Of a DNA stretch of 64,000 bases, positions 14,520 to 28,016 are shown piece by piece. The number at the start of each line of letters is the position of its first letter. Positions within the stretch are counted from its first letter, which is position 1. A program made the position numbers and the translations under genes. The notes below the pieces were generated by a model that saw only the letters and a list, made by a program, of their open reading frames with translations, was not told the origin of the DNA and ran no database searches. The DNA comes from Octopus vulgaris. Its lineage: Eukaryota. Where the stretch lies: positions 36,270,001 through 36,334,000 of the forward strand of contig OX597821.1 of assembly GCA_951406725.2 (NCBI GenBank), written 5' to 3'.

Positions 14520-15169
14520 TACAAAATTAGAGAATGGAGAAACATACTTAAATCAATAAAACATCAACTATCCGATGATACTCAATCCATACTTTAATAC
14601 ACCATTACATAGGAGTAAAGGCAATATATAAAATGAAATGAGATATACAGTAATAGTAAAAGTAAAAAGATAAAGAGATATAAGTAAAAAATTACAAATA
14701 CAATATGCAAATAAATCAAAACTGACAGCTGTTTCGGCAGTGAGGACAGTCATACCTCATTTAACCTATAAGCCATAAAGGCAGGTATAAATGAGGCATT
14801 AACAAAGATGCCCCACGGCCTCTTCAGAGAATTAAATTAAATTTGTTATAATAGTGAAAAATATTATATAATCATATACATATAAATATAAAAATATAAA
14901 AAAGTAAAATATAAAAACTTATACATCATAATGCTACACTTGTATAATATAATACACATTTGTACAAAAAGGAAGGTAACCAGAACAAAATAAAACAAAA
15001 TATATAACAGTGTATATATAATATTAATAAGTACCGATATCATACATATTTAGCTAATAGTTTTTTTTAAAAAAAAGGGCTAACACATATGGAGATGAAA
15101 AATAATAATAATTAAATCCGTGGTACAGTTCATAAAATTCTAAAGCTATAAAAGTTAATAAAATTTACT

Positions 15170-15203
<34 letters not shown>

Positions 15204-16000
15204 GTAATAATAATAAAAAATAATAAAAATAGATACAGTTAAGTTATCACCAAGTCCATCCTTCCAAGATCGAAATAACTATGAGTTAAGAAATGCTGAC
15301 CACTAGGTAAAGAAAATTTAGATTAATTCGATTGGCTATTGGTTTGAAATTTAAATCACAAAAGAAAATTATACGGTTGGTTAGTCAGGGAACGCCAATA
15401 TTCACACACGCATCTACAGATCAATCGCACATACACACATAGTTATATGTATATACATACACTTGTACATATACATAATCATAAGCAACAACTAACACTT
15501 AGATAAACAAATAGGGAAGCAACCATGCTAACACTAAGTCCTTCAAAATTATAACTGAGCCTCAATAACAAAAAAAGAACCATCCATGCATTCTATAAAA
15601 TATTTAATTAAGATATAAATGTATTTTTAAATATCAGTATGTTACTAATTCAGATAATTATTTCATGGGTAACTTAAAATTTATAACACCGGTTTGTTGC
15701 AGAGTAAACATACGGTTGTTAGGTTTATCGTAAGTTTGTTATGATTTAAAGTACGCTAAATTATAAAATATAAAATATAAAATATATTAATTTAGATATT
15801 ATAAATAAGTCACTTATTAACTTAATAAATATAGTGCCAAAGTATACCAGTTTAGGCAATAAAAAATAGAGGGGGAAGTATTAATGTAAACGCTTATGAG
15901 AACATCACAGAAATTTCAAATAAATTTTATATTATAAAGACTTAATATGAAAAGAGATAAAATAAATAAAAAGGAATAAATACGAAGGAATAAATACGGT
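14520..16000 (-). mobile_element. AT-rich PLE-type remnant between (TA)n tracts
   Basis: Contains an HHR at 14718-14833 and is TA-flanked. No ORF left. Confidence 0.45.
14718..14833 (-). ncRNA. Type-I hammerhead motif with extended stem II
   Basis: CTGAAGA GGC-C-GTGGGG...CCTCAC-T-GCC GAAA C-AGCT-G TC|. GUC site. Stem I is weak. Confidence 0.7.
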
Positions 16001-16074
<74 letters not shown>

Positions 16075-16206
16075 TGTGTGTAGGTGAGAGAGTTGGCGTG
16101 TGAAAGCACGTGGTCGGGTGAATAAAAAATAAAAAAGAGTGAAAAAAACTACAGAAGGCTTGTGTTATAAGGTTAAAGTAGTTTTTTTCACTCTTTTTTA
16201 ATATAC

Positions 16207-16715
16207 ATGGCTGCTCTCGATTATTGGGATCGCCTTAAAGCCTTGAAACTCTACTCTCTCCAGCGTCGCCGTGAGCGGTACATCATTTGTACGATGTGGA
16301 GAATATACCGCCAACTTTGCCCAAACGACCTGAACATTAGCTTCAAGGTTCATCCAAGACTGGGACCACGGGCCATACGTCCCCTGCCCAATTCAAGATC
16401 ACAGCATACATGTACACTACAACATAATTTCTTTTCCTCAACAGGCCCTGCCCTATTTAACATTGTCCCGAAAGAGATCAAAGAGGAACAGGATCCCATC
16501 AACTTTAAACGGAGTCTGGATAGATTCCTTCAAGGAATACCAGATAAGCCACCCATAATTGGATACAACTCACCCAACAAAAACTCACTACTTAAATGGA
16601 CCATAAACAAAACTTGACTTAAACATGATTCAAATAATCCTATCAGGTGGTGCTATTAAGTTAGACATGGCCTGGATCAATCATTGGTCGAAACATATCT
16701 AAGTTTATCTAAGTT
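16207..16715 (+). mobile_element. CR1-like LINE 3' fragment (ORF2 C-terminus plus 3' UTR)
   Basis: LDYWDRLKALKLYSLQRRRER...FKRSLDRFL is a CR1-type ORF2 end. Tail (ATCTAAGTTT)2. Confidence 0.8.
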
Positions 16716-16738
16716 TATATATATATATATACATATAT

Positions 16739-16821
<83 letters not shown>

Positions 16822-16860
16822 TATGCATATATATATATACATACATATATATATATATAT

Positions 16861-16909
<49 letters not shown>

Positions 16910-16912
16910 CAT

Positions 16913-17006
<94 letters not shown>

Positions 17007-17102
17007 TTTGACTGCTAGATCGGTTTTAGATTATTGACCACGCTGTAGTTATTACGTAAAGCAACAAGCGAGGGTGTATTGAAATATGTTGTGTAGGTGT
17101 CT

Positions 17103-17138
<36 letters not shown>

Positions 17139-17438
17139 GGAGGTAGGGTAAGAGAGAAACAAATTTAACACAGACCCCCCCCCACACACACACACAAACG
17201 TACACATTCATGCACTCCTATATATGTGTGTATGTGTATGTGTGTGTGTGTATGTGTGTGCGTGTGTGTGTGTGTGTGTGCGTGTGTGTACATACATCCA
17301 TAATATATAATATGCAATTTAACACAAAACACGCACACAATGAATAACAAATAAACACATAATCACGCATTCCTACATACATAATATATAAAACAAAAAA
17401 GGCACGAGATCGTCAGATATATAATTCATAAACAACAA

Positions 17439-17472
<34 letters not shown>

Positions 17473-17902
17473 ACAGGTGCACTTATATACGCAGCAGCCA
17501 CATGTGTTCATTAATATAATGTTCGAAGCATGACGGTTATGGTCATGTTTCATGTCGTGACTATTCGATTTTGTTTGCGCTTTAGACTTAGTCTTGTCAA
17601 ACCGTGTGTTTAACACACCTAATGGTTACTCTATCTGTTTATTTGTTGTTGCTGCAGTTGTTCTTGTTGTTGTTTCATTTCTCTTATCATTCCACTTAAT
17701 CATTGTCTCCATATGACTTTCGCATTCAGTAAGTTGATGTTGCTTGTCTATCGTTTAACCTCACGTCACCCTTAATCTAACAAACTTGTAAGCTGTTGTT
17801 TAACCCTAGGTCGCTCCTAATCCAACTAATCTATGATCAGTTGTACCCATTTCTGTTTTATTATCATTATTTTGTTTTTTGTCTTACTAGTTTCAGTTTA
17901 GA

Positions 17903-17950
<48 letters not shown>

Positions 17951-17953
<3 letters not shown>

Positions 17954-18140
17954 AGAGTTTACGAAAAAAACAAAAGACGAAGACAGTTGGTGTACAAAAC
18001 AAACAGATGTATTAGTATAACGCTCAGGAATAGAAAAAGTCTTTTACGTTTCGAACCTACGCTCTTCTACAGAAAGGGACTCAGAAAAAAACGAGGAGAG
18101 AAAAACATGTGTGTAGTGGCTAACGATCTATCATGGCGAC
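17951..18140 (-). mobile_element. ~190-bp HHR-bearing element in (TA)n (copy 1)
   Basis: Second copy at 38602-38786. Both are embedded in pure (TA)n. Confidence 0.8.
18041..18076 (-). ncRNA. Minimal hammerhead motif, A6U core variant
   Basis: CTTT CTGTAGA A GAGC gtag GTTC GAAA CG TA| AAAG. 4-bp stem I, 4-bp stem II, ACGT palindromic helix III. Confidence 0.65.
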
Positions 18141-18150
18141 TATATATATT

Positions 18151-18235
<85 letters not shown>

Positions 18236-18602
18236 AAAACATATAAGGGACGGCCATAATAGTTTGAATGTATATTATATAGTCTATTGACTATTTTTTC
18301 TTTCTCACTTGACCGCTGGTAGCGGAGAATTTTTCTGGAATTTTTTGCTACCCTAAAATTTATTAATATATATAAGCAATAATAAATCTTAGAGCGAGTA
18401 TTTAAATGGCAAATATACGTCACTATATATATATCAGTCTAAACAGAAAGAGTAAATCTTTAAATTTTATTCTATTTTAGTGGGCATAGCCTGACGATTG
18501 CGTGAAGACACCAGACGTGTTATGAAATGCTGCCTGAGTTGTTTTTCATAGCGTGAAACTATTAGCAGCTCATAAAATAAATAGAAAAAATCAAAATACC
18601 CA

Positions 18603-18932
18603 TTGATGAACCTCTGTAAAAGAATAAATCTTGTATATAAATGTACCGTACACACAAGAAAAGGACCGTATGTTTACATTGGGGCAACGGCTGATACATT
18701 CAAGAATCTTTATCCCAGCCACGTCACCAACTTCAAGAAAACCAATAAGCGACATTTAACATCTTCGATCGATTTTGTGTGGCAATTTGAAAATAAAATA
18801 CAGTGTAACATAATTTGGTCCATAGTAAGGTACACAAAACCACATAATATCATTTCCAAGAGCCGGAAAATTCCTGTCTATTCTGAGAAAATCATTAGTA
18901 GAAATACTCTCAAGATGCTGACATGCATATAA
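18603..18932 (+). pseudogene. Penelope-like GIY-YIG endonuclease remnant
   Basis: NLVYKCTV...VYIGAT..TFK.....H, then VW and IIWSIV, as in PLE GIY-YIG domains. An HHR motif lies downstream at 19839. Confidence 0.75.
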
Positions 18933-18971
18933 ATGCACCTTCGCTCAATGCAGTGAGAATGGATTTGAGTA

Positions 18972-19486
18972 CCGTAGATACTCGACTATAAAACACCCTC
19001 GCTTATAAGACGCACCCCCGACTTACAATGTTCAAATCAGGAATTTTATCACTGACCCAACTATAAGTCGCAGCGACATTTTTGCATCTCGATTCGAATG
19101 CTACTTCGCGTATTCAACAACGTCCAGCTTGAAAGTGATAGCATACGAATTTCTCTTTCTCTTCATGTTAACAAATAATTAACGACAGATACGGTACAAA
19201 AACAAACAAGCATTAAACTCACCAATTTAAAATTAATTGTGTATTTCATACTAACAGAAGTAAAGAAATATATAAAGGAATAAATAAAGATCGTCTTCCA
19301 TGTACTTCTCGGCTCCGGAATTAGGGATTCGGGGTTTTTTGGTTATTCTAAGTGTCGAAACTTCAGACATGGTTGGTACCTAGAAAATATCTGAAGATTT
19401 TTTTATAGGATGCGCTTATAAGTCGCACCCATAACTTTAGAGAAAATATCAAGGAAAAAGTGGAACTTATAGCCGAGTATATACAG
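18972..19486. mobile_element. pogo/Tc1-mariner-type MITE inserted in the PLE
   Basis: TIRs CCGTAGATACTCGACTATAA and TTATAGCCGAGTATATACAG (17/20 match), TA on both sides, sub-terminal TATAAG.CGCACCC repeats. Confidence 0.8.
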
Positions 19487-19838
19487 TAACTGTTATTATA
19501 ATCTACCTTAAGGTTATGGAAGAATTAAATTTAGCTCTAACTTCCCTAGTCTTATAAACACCGAGTAGCTATTTAATTCACTATGTGCGCCAAACCACAG
19601 GTGTGCGAATGCTTACATCTTCGTAAATGCGAGTGTACGCGCACCATACAACCTATGTGAGGGTGATTATACATCCATATCCGTTAAGGGTTATAGTCAA
19701 TACTTTATTCGCTGTAATGCATGTTCATTTTTTTAGGCATCTGTAACTTATTGATCTTCTATATAAATGGAACTATGTCTTTTGATTTGCAGAGAATACA
19801 CATAGTGGAACTGTTATTTTAATGAGTTATATCTATGT

Positions 19839-19946
19839 ATCCCCCGAAGAGACATATATCTGTACCATCGGATGCGCCTGAACCAGTTGTTAAGTATCCC
19901 ACCCGTGAGGGATCGATGCTAGATTGGTCGAAATAACTGTAGCGAT
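19839..19946 (+). ncRNA. Degenerate hammerhead motif in PLE 3' region
   Basis: ATCCC CCGAAGA GAC...GTC GAAA TAACTG TA| GCGAT. U4C change and an imperfect stem I. Confidence 0.45.
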
Positions 19947-19996
19947 TAATTAAAATTCTCGCATCGTCCATCTTCCGTCTCTCATTAACCAAATAC

Positions 19997-20078
<82 letters not shown>

Positions 20079-20579
20079 GCATGTCCTCTGCCTTCCACCC
20101 TCTTTAATTCCCTCTCTCTCTGTCTCTCTTTCTCTCTCTCTTACCCTCTTGCAACCTGCTGCTTCACAAGCCATTCCGTTGGCGATCGCGGCCTGCTCAA
20201 CATGTGTCCCCTCTGCCGAAAAGGTAATTGTTTCCACGCTTGCTGATAAGTTGTTTTTGTCTCATTTTGTCTAAAAGTCGTAAGACACCCGTTGTTATCC
20301 TGTTTTTAACCATTACTGTTTTCAATTTTGTTTTCGTTTCTTGTATTTATATTCGTCTCTGTTGCGTTTACATTCTTTCCTTCTACCAAGAAATCTAATG
20401 CCCACAGCTTAGTTTTTTCCTTGGGGCTGGCCGAGTTGGAGCAAATATCAGAATTAAACAGCCGAAATTTGCCATGATGATTCGGTTTCTCACTGAAGAT
20501 TGAAGGCTTCGAATGACTTGTCTGTTTTCCGTGTCCGTCCCTTCGTATATTTCATGTTCTTTATATATAAATTTTTATT

Positions 20580-20629
<50 letters not shown>

Positions 20630-21165
20630 CACACACATACACATTACATAACACGCACACACATATATAGAGAGAAAGGGATACATACATACATATGTAT
20701 TTTGTATGTATGTGTGCATATATGAATTTACCTTTTAGTTCTTTTCCTGTATTTGTAAATGTTAAAAATGTGTCTGTACATGTGTTTAAGTGTGTGTGTG
20801 TGTAGCGTGTGTTTGTATGTATACGTGTAAATGTGTTTGTGTCTGTGTGTGTGTATGTGTGTGTTTGTGTATGCGCGTGTAACCGATGTAGTTGAAGTGT
20901 GAATCAAGACTCAAACTTGTTCAGTGCAACGACACAGATCACTGATAATTTAACACATACAACACAGGTACGAGTTACAAACGAGCAGGGCGTGGTATAC
21001 ATGAAAGACCTTTGATGCGTTACATTGAGAAAACAGTCTGCAATTTATTGATCAATCGTAACTAATCGCTACTCTGCCTCGGTCTACCTCTTTTTAATCT
21101 TTCCGTTCTGTGCATGCACGCGGTTATGTCCGAATTTACGTGTGTGTTTTTGTGTGTGTGTGTGT

Positions 21166-21216
<51 letters not shown>

Positions 21217-21388
21217 TGTGTGCGTGCGTGTTGTTATTTGTTTAATGCTTTCTTTTTTCATCACATAGTATTCACTTGTATTCACCGTCCCCCGCTTACT
21301 CTTATTTATACATACACAAACTCTTGCTCTATCCTTTGTATTGAACACTTTCTTAATATTATCTTTCCGATAGGTAAACTGTCACCTT

Positions 21389-21745
21389 CAGGGTAAACTG
21401 TGACCTTTTAGCACTTTTAATTTCGCGCATGCGCATTGTTTGTTTTTGATTTTGTCGACTATACAGTATAGTAGGGTCAGTTGGGCACCATCTGTAAGAA
21501 AAAGAACACCATGACACAATTCACTCTGCCAGAAATTTGGAAACGACATGCTGTATTGATTGGCATTCACGCCGGAGGCTCCAATGCGAACATTTCAGAG
21601 TGTCTGGGTGTCAATCTGAGGACATGTACTGTACCGAGAGTGATAAAAATCAAACATCCAGGCAACATCATGGTGTTTGTAGTGATCACTAGTGATGGCA
21701 ATGTTATGCCTCCATTCACCTTCCCACACAGCCTCAGTCAGATTC
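21389..21745 (+). mobile_element. Tc1/mariner-superfamily transposase fragment (deleted)
   Basis: HTH-like start, and KHPGNIMVFVVITSDGNVMPPFTFP resembles the KHPxxVMVxG motif after the first catalytic D. CAGGG-type terminus at about 21389. Confidence 0.6.
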
Positions 21746-22106
21746 TACATTTATTACACTATTTACAAAATTGTTTTTGTTTTTTTTTTGCTCAGGTCAA
21801 ACACTAGAGTCTAACGGTCATAGTCTGACGATGTGAACTTTCCAACCTATTACACAATTTTTTTCGCTCGGGTCAAACCCTTTAGTTTGACCGCAGTTTC
21901 ATAAGTTTGTCCTGAACATCCATTCTTGTTTATAGGCTTTTAGTTAGACATTGTTTCGTATATTCTGAGTAATATAAAGATTTTCCTTCATCAGTCCCAA
22001 GCTACTCTTGTAGTAACAAAACAGTGGTAATGTGTTTCATATATAATGCCTAGATGTCATGAAAACATGTCGTGTTTGTCACATGAAGTGCACAGGATAC
22101 GCAAAG

Positions 22107-22538
22107 GGATCTTTTCGATTTGAACGGAAGTTTTTTCTAGCGGTGTCATATGAAATTGTCACCCATAATTATAACCCTAGAATCGATCTATTGCATTTCA
22201 ATCTCTTTTAGGGTTAGGTTAGTTAGGGTTAGGGTTATGGGTGGGGGAAGGGTATCTTTTTTTCTTCACAAATGTAAATAAACCCAATCTTTTTCTTAAA
22301 CCAGGGACATATTCATACGGCACAGAATGCTTTTTAACTCAATAGACGTCATTGATTGGTTGAAATTGCAGAAATTGAAGAAAAAAACACAACAAATATC
22401 ATACAAACTATAGAATTTTCTCAACAAAGCCAAGAGAAAACGATGTTTTATAAACACATTCTACCAGTATACGAAGTTTAAAATTTTTTAGTTACCTAGA
22501 AATTATGTTAAAAACTGCCGTTCAAACCGAAAAGATCC
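22107..22538. mobile_element. Merlin-type MITE with internal (TTAGGG)n
   Basis: TIRs GGATCTTTTCG(A/G)TTTGAACGG, perfect 8-bp TSD ACGCAAAG, GG termini. Second copy at 39126-39543. Confidence 0.85.
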
Positions 22539-22822
22539 ACGCAAAGTTTTAAGTAACCTAAAGGAAATCATATTCACAGGGAATTTATCAAAATAAAGGA
22601 AATTGTTTTCCCTTTAGAAAGGATGGTAATTGATAACAAACGATAACACATTATTTTGATATGCACCAACTGTCGTTTTTATTTATCTGTTGTTAGGTTT
22701 AAACTGAATTTTATATTTTCTTTTACATTAGATTGTTGCTTCTTTTTTCCTCCTTGCTAATGTTGTCAGCAGCATATCTATCAGTTCTTTATTTATACAT
22801 ATGCATGTGTGTGTGTGTGCGT

Positions 22823-22867
<45 letters not shown>

Positions 22868-23099
22868 GTGTGTATTTCTATGTTTCTATCTGTATATCTT
22901 TATTATTTATTATCTGTTATATATATATATATCTACAGTAATACGCATCTGCACACAACACAGAAATATATGCATACGTATGTAAACACACAATATATAC
23001 ACAATTTGGCAGATAGTCAATAATGTTTATTGATCTTGAATTGCTAATAGGAAAAGAGGAGTTTCAAACTTCTTGCTAATATGCTATTTTAAAGTTAAA

Positions 23100-23288
<189 letters not shown>

Positions 23289-23860
23289 TTCTTTTTATTT
23301 GCCACAAGGGCGAAGGATGAGGGGGACAATACAAAGACAGACATAAAGTAAGGGGGTCTACATATAGTGAAATGATTTTAAAAAAACGAAAGAAAGAAAG
23401 TATATACTTTAAACATGGGACATGTGCACAGCATATAAAGGTTTAAAAAACAAAAAAAAAAACAAAGTGGCAGGGAGGATGTTAGAGATGTTGCCCTCCT
23501 GATACAGGAAGGCTACTAGGGATAATCGAGGAACCCCACTGTCCGAGATTTCCCTGAAACCCCAGGAGCAAGTGCCCTCTCCAAATCCTTCTCGCTGTCT
23601 CACAAGTCTACACCTAGAGAAATACCATCCACTCTTGCCATTTTCACAACTTCTCTCACCTTTCAATAAATTCGCTCGAGGACAACACTTTCCTCTCTAC
23701 ACTCAGTTTCCTTTACAAGTGAAACTTGAAGAAGTCAATGAGAGCTCTACCAAAGAGGAATGTATTTGTCCTCGTGCCTTTCAGCCTTGTCCACCAAATA
23801 ACCCCTTTCGCCACAGCCACCAGGCAAAAGAAAACTGCCTGGCCTACCCGACTGAAGGAG
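23289..23860 (-). mobile_element. L1/Tx1-like LINE 3' fragment
   Basis: Minus-strand translation AVFFCLVAVAKGVIWWTRLKG...FFKFHL fits the AK..IW..R ORF2 C-terminus. The 3' tail ends GTGGCAAATAAAAAGAAAT. Confidence 0.55.
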
Positions 23861-23862
23861 GG

Positions 23863-25446
23863 CGGAAAAACTGAACTGACATCTTACGGAAAAAGCACGG
23901 GCACCCTAGATATCAGAAGAGGGATTTTCCAGGCTGATAGCTTATCTCCATTACTTTTCGTTCTCTGCATGATTCCCCCGACGTTAGTACTCAGGAAAAT
24001 GAACCTAGGGTACCAACTAAAGGAAAAATCCCAAACAATCAACCACCTCCTCTTCATGGATGATTGGAAACTGTATGGCAAAGATGAGACACAAGCGAGT
24101 TCTTTTGTCAACACGATCCACTGTTTTAGTACTGATATTAGAATGGAATTTGGACTCAAGAAGTGCGGAATAATCTACCTAAAAAGAGGCAAAGTACAGT
24201 CCCTAGCAGGGATAGAATTATCAAATAGAGACTTGATAAAGCAAATTGAAACGGAAGGATACAAATACCTTGGTGTACTAGAGTTCAACGAGATAATTGA
24301 AAAGAGAATGAAAGAACAACTGAGGATGGAGTATTTCCGAAGACTGAGGTTGGTGCTGCGCTCGAAATTGACTGGATGGAATAAAATCTAAGCATTTAAT
24401 ACGTGGGTACGGAGCGGGAATTATAAAATGGCAAAAGAGAGAAATGAAGAAAATGGTCACCAAGAAAAATGTAGACAGTACACAGAGTATTCCACCCTAA
24501 GAGTGACACCGATAGGCTGTACTTGTCCAGAAGAAAGGGTAGGAGAGGTTTGATCGGTTGCCAGGAATATATCGAAGCATCGAAGCAGAGGAAAACAGCC
24601 TAGGGTTGTATATAAGATGTACTGTGGAGCCACTGTTGAAACACACGAAGTCCGGCGTGATCAAAACTGAAGATTGTGTAACTAAAGAAAATTTTAAACA
24701 CGAAATGAACAAGAAAAAAAGGAAAAGCATATAAGGAAAAATGTATGGTCAGTTTGCAAGAGATGTGAACGCCTCGACAGATACAAAGGACTGGTGGCTA
24801 TGGATGAGGAGGAGTGACCTGAAGACACAGACAGAAGCACTCATATGGGCTCAAGAACAAACTTTAAGGACCAATTATATGAAGTGCAGAATTGACAACA
24901 CTCCCGATAGCGACAAATGTAGAATATGTGGTGGAGGGGTGAAACGGTATGGCACATCGTTAGCGAATACCCGAAATTGGCACAACGCGAGTACGAACGC
25001 GTACACGACACTGTGACAAGAACGATCCTTTAGGAGCTTTGTGCAAACGACAGCCTAGAAACAGCAAAGACGTGGTATGAGCAAACCCCAGAAGGAGTAA
25101 CCGAAAATGAGAATTGCAAAATCCTGTGGGATGTAATGATCCAGTGCGATCACCTGACCAGACACCGGAAACCAGACGTTGTGGTGATTAAAAAAGAAAG
25201 AACATGTATGATTATCGACTTAGCATGCCCCGGTGACAACAGGATCAATGTAAAAGAGGAAAAAAATAAACAGCTATGACGATTTAAAGTGGGGAAATAC
25301 GAAGGTTGTGGCCAATGAAGAGAGTAGACGTGATATCACTAGTAATTGTTGCACTTGGAAGTATCAGCACTCAACTACCAACATGGCTGAAAAAGATTGG
25401 TGTGACGGTAGAACGCCTATAAAAATCAGCATTGCTTGGAACTGCC
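23863..25446 (+). mobile_element. R4/Dong-clade non-LTR retrotransposon (RT plus RLE remnant)
   Basis: RRGIFQADSLSPLLF, HLLFMDD, FGLKKC, YKYLG, CRICG zinc knuckle, KPDVV and KSALLGTA. Frameshifted. Confidence 0.9.
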
Positions 25447-25772
25447 ATTGTCATCATTCCGAGGGCTCGACCCGTTAGAAGTAGTAACCAAATCGCCTTC
25501 CAGTCAAAACCTGCTTTCTTAAAAAAAAAAAGGAAGGGGATCAGATAATGTAGTCTGGGCTATAGCATACAAAGAGGAAAGGCAGTATAGTCACGGCTGG
25601 AATGTTGTTGGCAATAGTTCTGCTGAATCAGGGCCGAATCGGGGCTAAAAAACAACACAATCGACTTCACCACCAACACCTGCACCTGCATTATTATTAC
25701 CACCGTCCTAGCCGATAATAGCAAAGGAGTCTCTATGTAGACGTTTATCCAGCTAGAAATAGCAGTCAAATC

Positions 25773-26446
25773 GGATCTTTTCTGCTTGGCTACACTTTTT
25801 GGAATTTTAAAATTAAATGAAAAATTTAAAATTTGGTATATTAATGTAGTTTTTCAAGCCGAATCTTCAGGTTTAACTCGTTTGTTCCAGAAATTTTTTT
25901 TTACAGATGTGATAAATTTGTTAATTTTTACCCAGTCAGAAAACAGGATTTGAAAGCTGTCATTTTGTGCGTGACTTCAATCATAAGACAACAAAACATT
26001 GCAACGATAGCACGTGTTTTAAGCATTTAATGAGCGAAAATGACCAAAACAACGAGTAAGCAAATACAAATTTCGTAGTTTTAAGCATCCAATATGAATT
26101 TAATGTGAGAAAAGAGTAAACAACACATTTTGTAGTTTTTAAGAGCTGATAAAAACTGTAAACAAATGAAATATTTCGTAAACACACGTGGCTTATACAA
26201 GAGAGTTCCCAACACCTGACTTGTTACAATGGAAACAGGCACCTATAAGTTTGTGACTTTCGATTGGCTAAAATTACCCAAAATTTGCAAACTTTAAAAG
26301 CTATCAGCTCTTTGTTTATTGATTTATAGCAAAAATGAATTGCGTGTCAATATTTACCATGCTAAACTACATCAGCCCACCAAATTTAAAATCAGTGGGG
26401 ACACAATTGAAGAAATTAAGAAGTGGTAACCAAACGAAAAATATTC
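25773..26446. mobile_element. Old Merlin-like MITE
   Basis: Begins GGATCTTTT like 22107. Diverged inverted end at about 26422-26446. Confidence 0.4.
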
Positions 26447-27644
26447 ACCAAATTTTTTTCAGATCACACCCAACAGGTTTAAGTAAAGGGAAGAATGCAT
26501 TAGATGAAGTAGTTTATTCTAACCGTGAGCAATAACACGGGATGGTTGCGGCTGGAATGTCTTTGATGTAATCTTCCAAATCAAAGCTGATCTCAGGTTA
26601 AGCAACGACATCGTCAATAGTACAACCGTCATCATTCGTCCCACTGCCTTCAACGCTATGTCACCAACGAACCAGCGAATGAGTTTCTAAGTGGTTGCTC
26701 GATATTTTGGAAATAACTCCCAAATGATACCCTATTGTCTCAAGGAAGAAGGAAGGCACATTTGATGATGTAGTCTTGTATGCATTGCATGAATGAAAAT
26801 GCGATGGTCGTGGCTGGAACGGCTTTCATTTTAGAACCCCTCAATGATTGCTAACCTGAGGCCAAATTATAAAACATCACACACTTATCCCTTCGCCAAC
26901 ACCATCAAACTGCCACCGACTTCTATCCCTCTTTTCAATGCATTTATTATTGAAAGTGAACACTCTCAGCGAACAGCACTCCAGTAACAGAATACAATAA
27001 AGATTCTGTAGACGACACACGATACCCACTGCACCACACATGAACGTAGGCACACACACACGCACGCACACACACACACACATACTCACATACAATTTGA
27101 ACACACCGTGACCAACCATTAACAAACCGACTGGCTGCAGGGCATTACTGTAATCTACGAAGCCAGAACAAATTTCAGGTTTTACAAACACATAAAGAAT
27201 TACAATTCAATACTTAAATTAAAATGTAAATCATCACTCTCACTCACTCCCTCTTTCCACTTCTCTCTCTCTCTCTATCTCTCTCTCTCTTTATCTCTCT
27301 CTTTCTCTCTCTCTCTCTCTCTACTTCTCTCTTTTGCTTTCACCTTTCATAGACACATGAAGAGAGACACACTCACACGTTGACGTGGATGTACACGCTG
27401 CATGGTGTACAGTTTATAGAGTTTACATTTATGAGGAATCAGTTAAGGATTCATTCACTCCATTACTTCACGAAGTTTCATGCACATAGCACACGAAATT
27501 CATTATTCAACAGTTTCTTCTAACTTTTACATACTTCAGTTATTGGATTACAACGCCTTGGAGGGTTTATCCAAACTAACGGTCAATCATACAGTAATTT
27601 CCATTTGTATAACGGTCATTTTCGTAGTATTTTTCCGATGGTCG

Positions 27645-27705
27645 GATAACTGAAGAGATGGCGGCGTGGTTTTCCACCTCGGTATCCGAAACTCGGAGTT
27701 TTATC
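27645..27705 (+). ncRNA. Type-I hammerhead motif
   Basis: GATAA CTGAAGA GATG...TATC C GAAA CTC-G-GAG TT| TTATC. Perfect 5-bp stem I. Confidence 0.7.
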
Positions 27706-27737
27706 ATGGCTACCGAATAATTGTCACATATTACATT

Positions 27738-27818
<81 letters not shown>

Positions 27819-27824
<6 letters not shown>

Positions 27825-27911
27825 CAAGTCAAAAATAGAAAATGCTAAAATAATTTTATAGTGAACATTTCAGTAATTATTTTAGCATTTTCTATTTTTG
27901 ACTTGTTTTTT
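27819..27911. repeat. 37-bp-arm inverted repeat beside (TA)n
   Basis: AAAAAACAAGTCAAAAATAGAAAATGCTAAAATAATT and its reverse complement, with a 19-nt spacer. Confidence 0.9.
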
Positions 27912-27947
27912 TCATATATATCAACTCGTGTGTTCCTTTTCACCCTT

Positions 27948-28016
<69 letters not shown>

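Noticed and set aside
20475-20515. HHR-like remnant (minus strand ...GAAACCG)
   Set aside because: The core is incomplete and stem I is not supported.
22207-22240. True telomere or chromosome fusion site
   Set aside because: Only a few units, internal to a MITE that is present twice.
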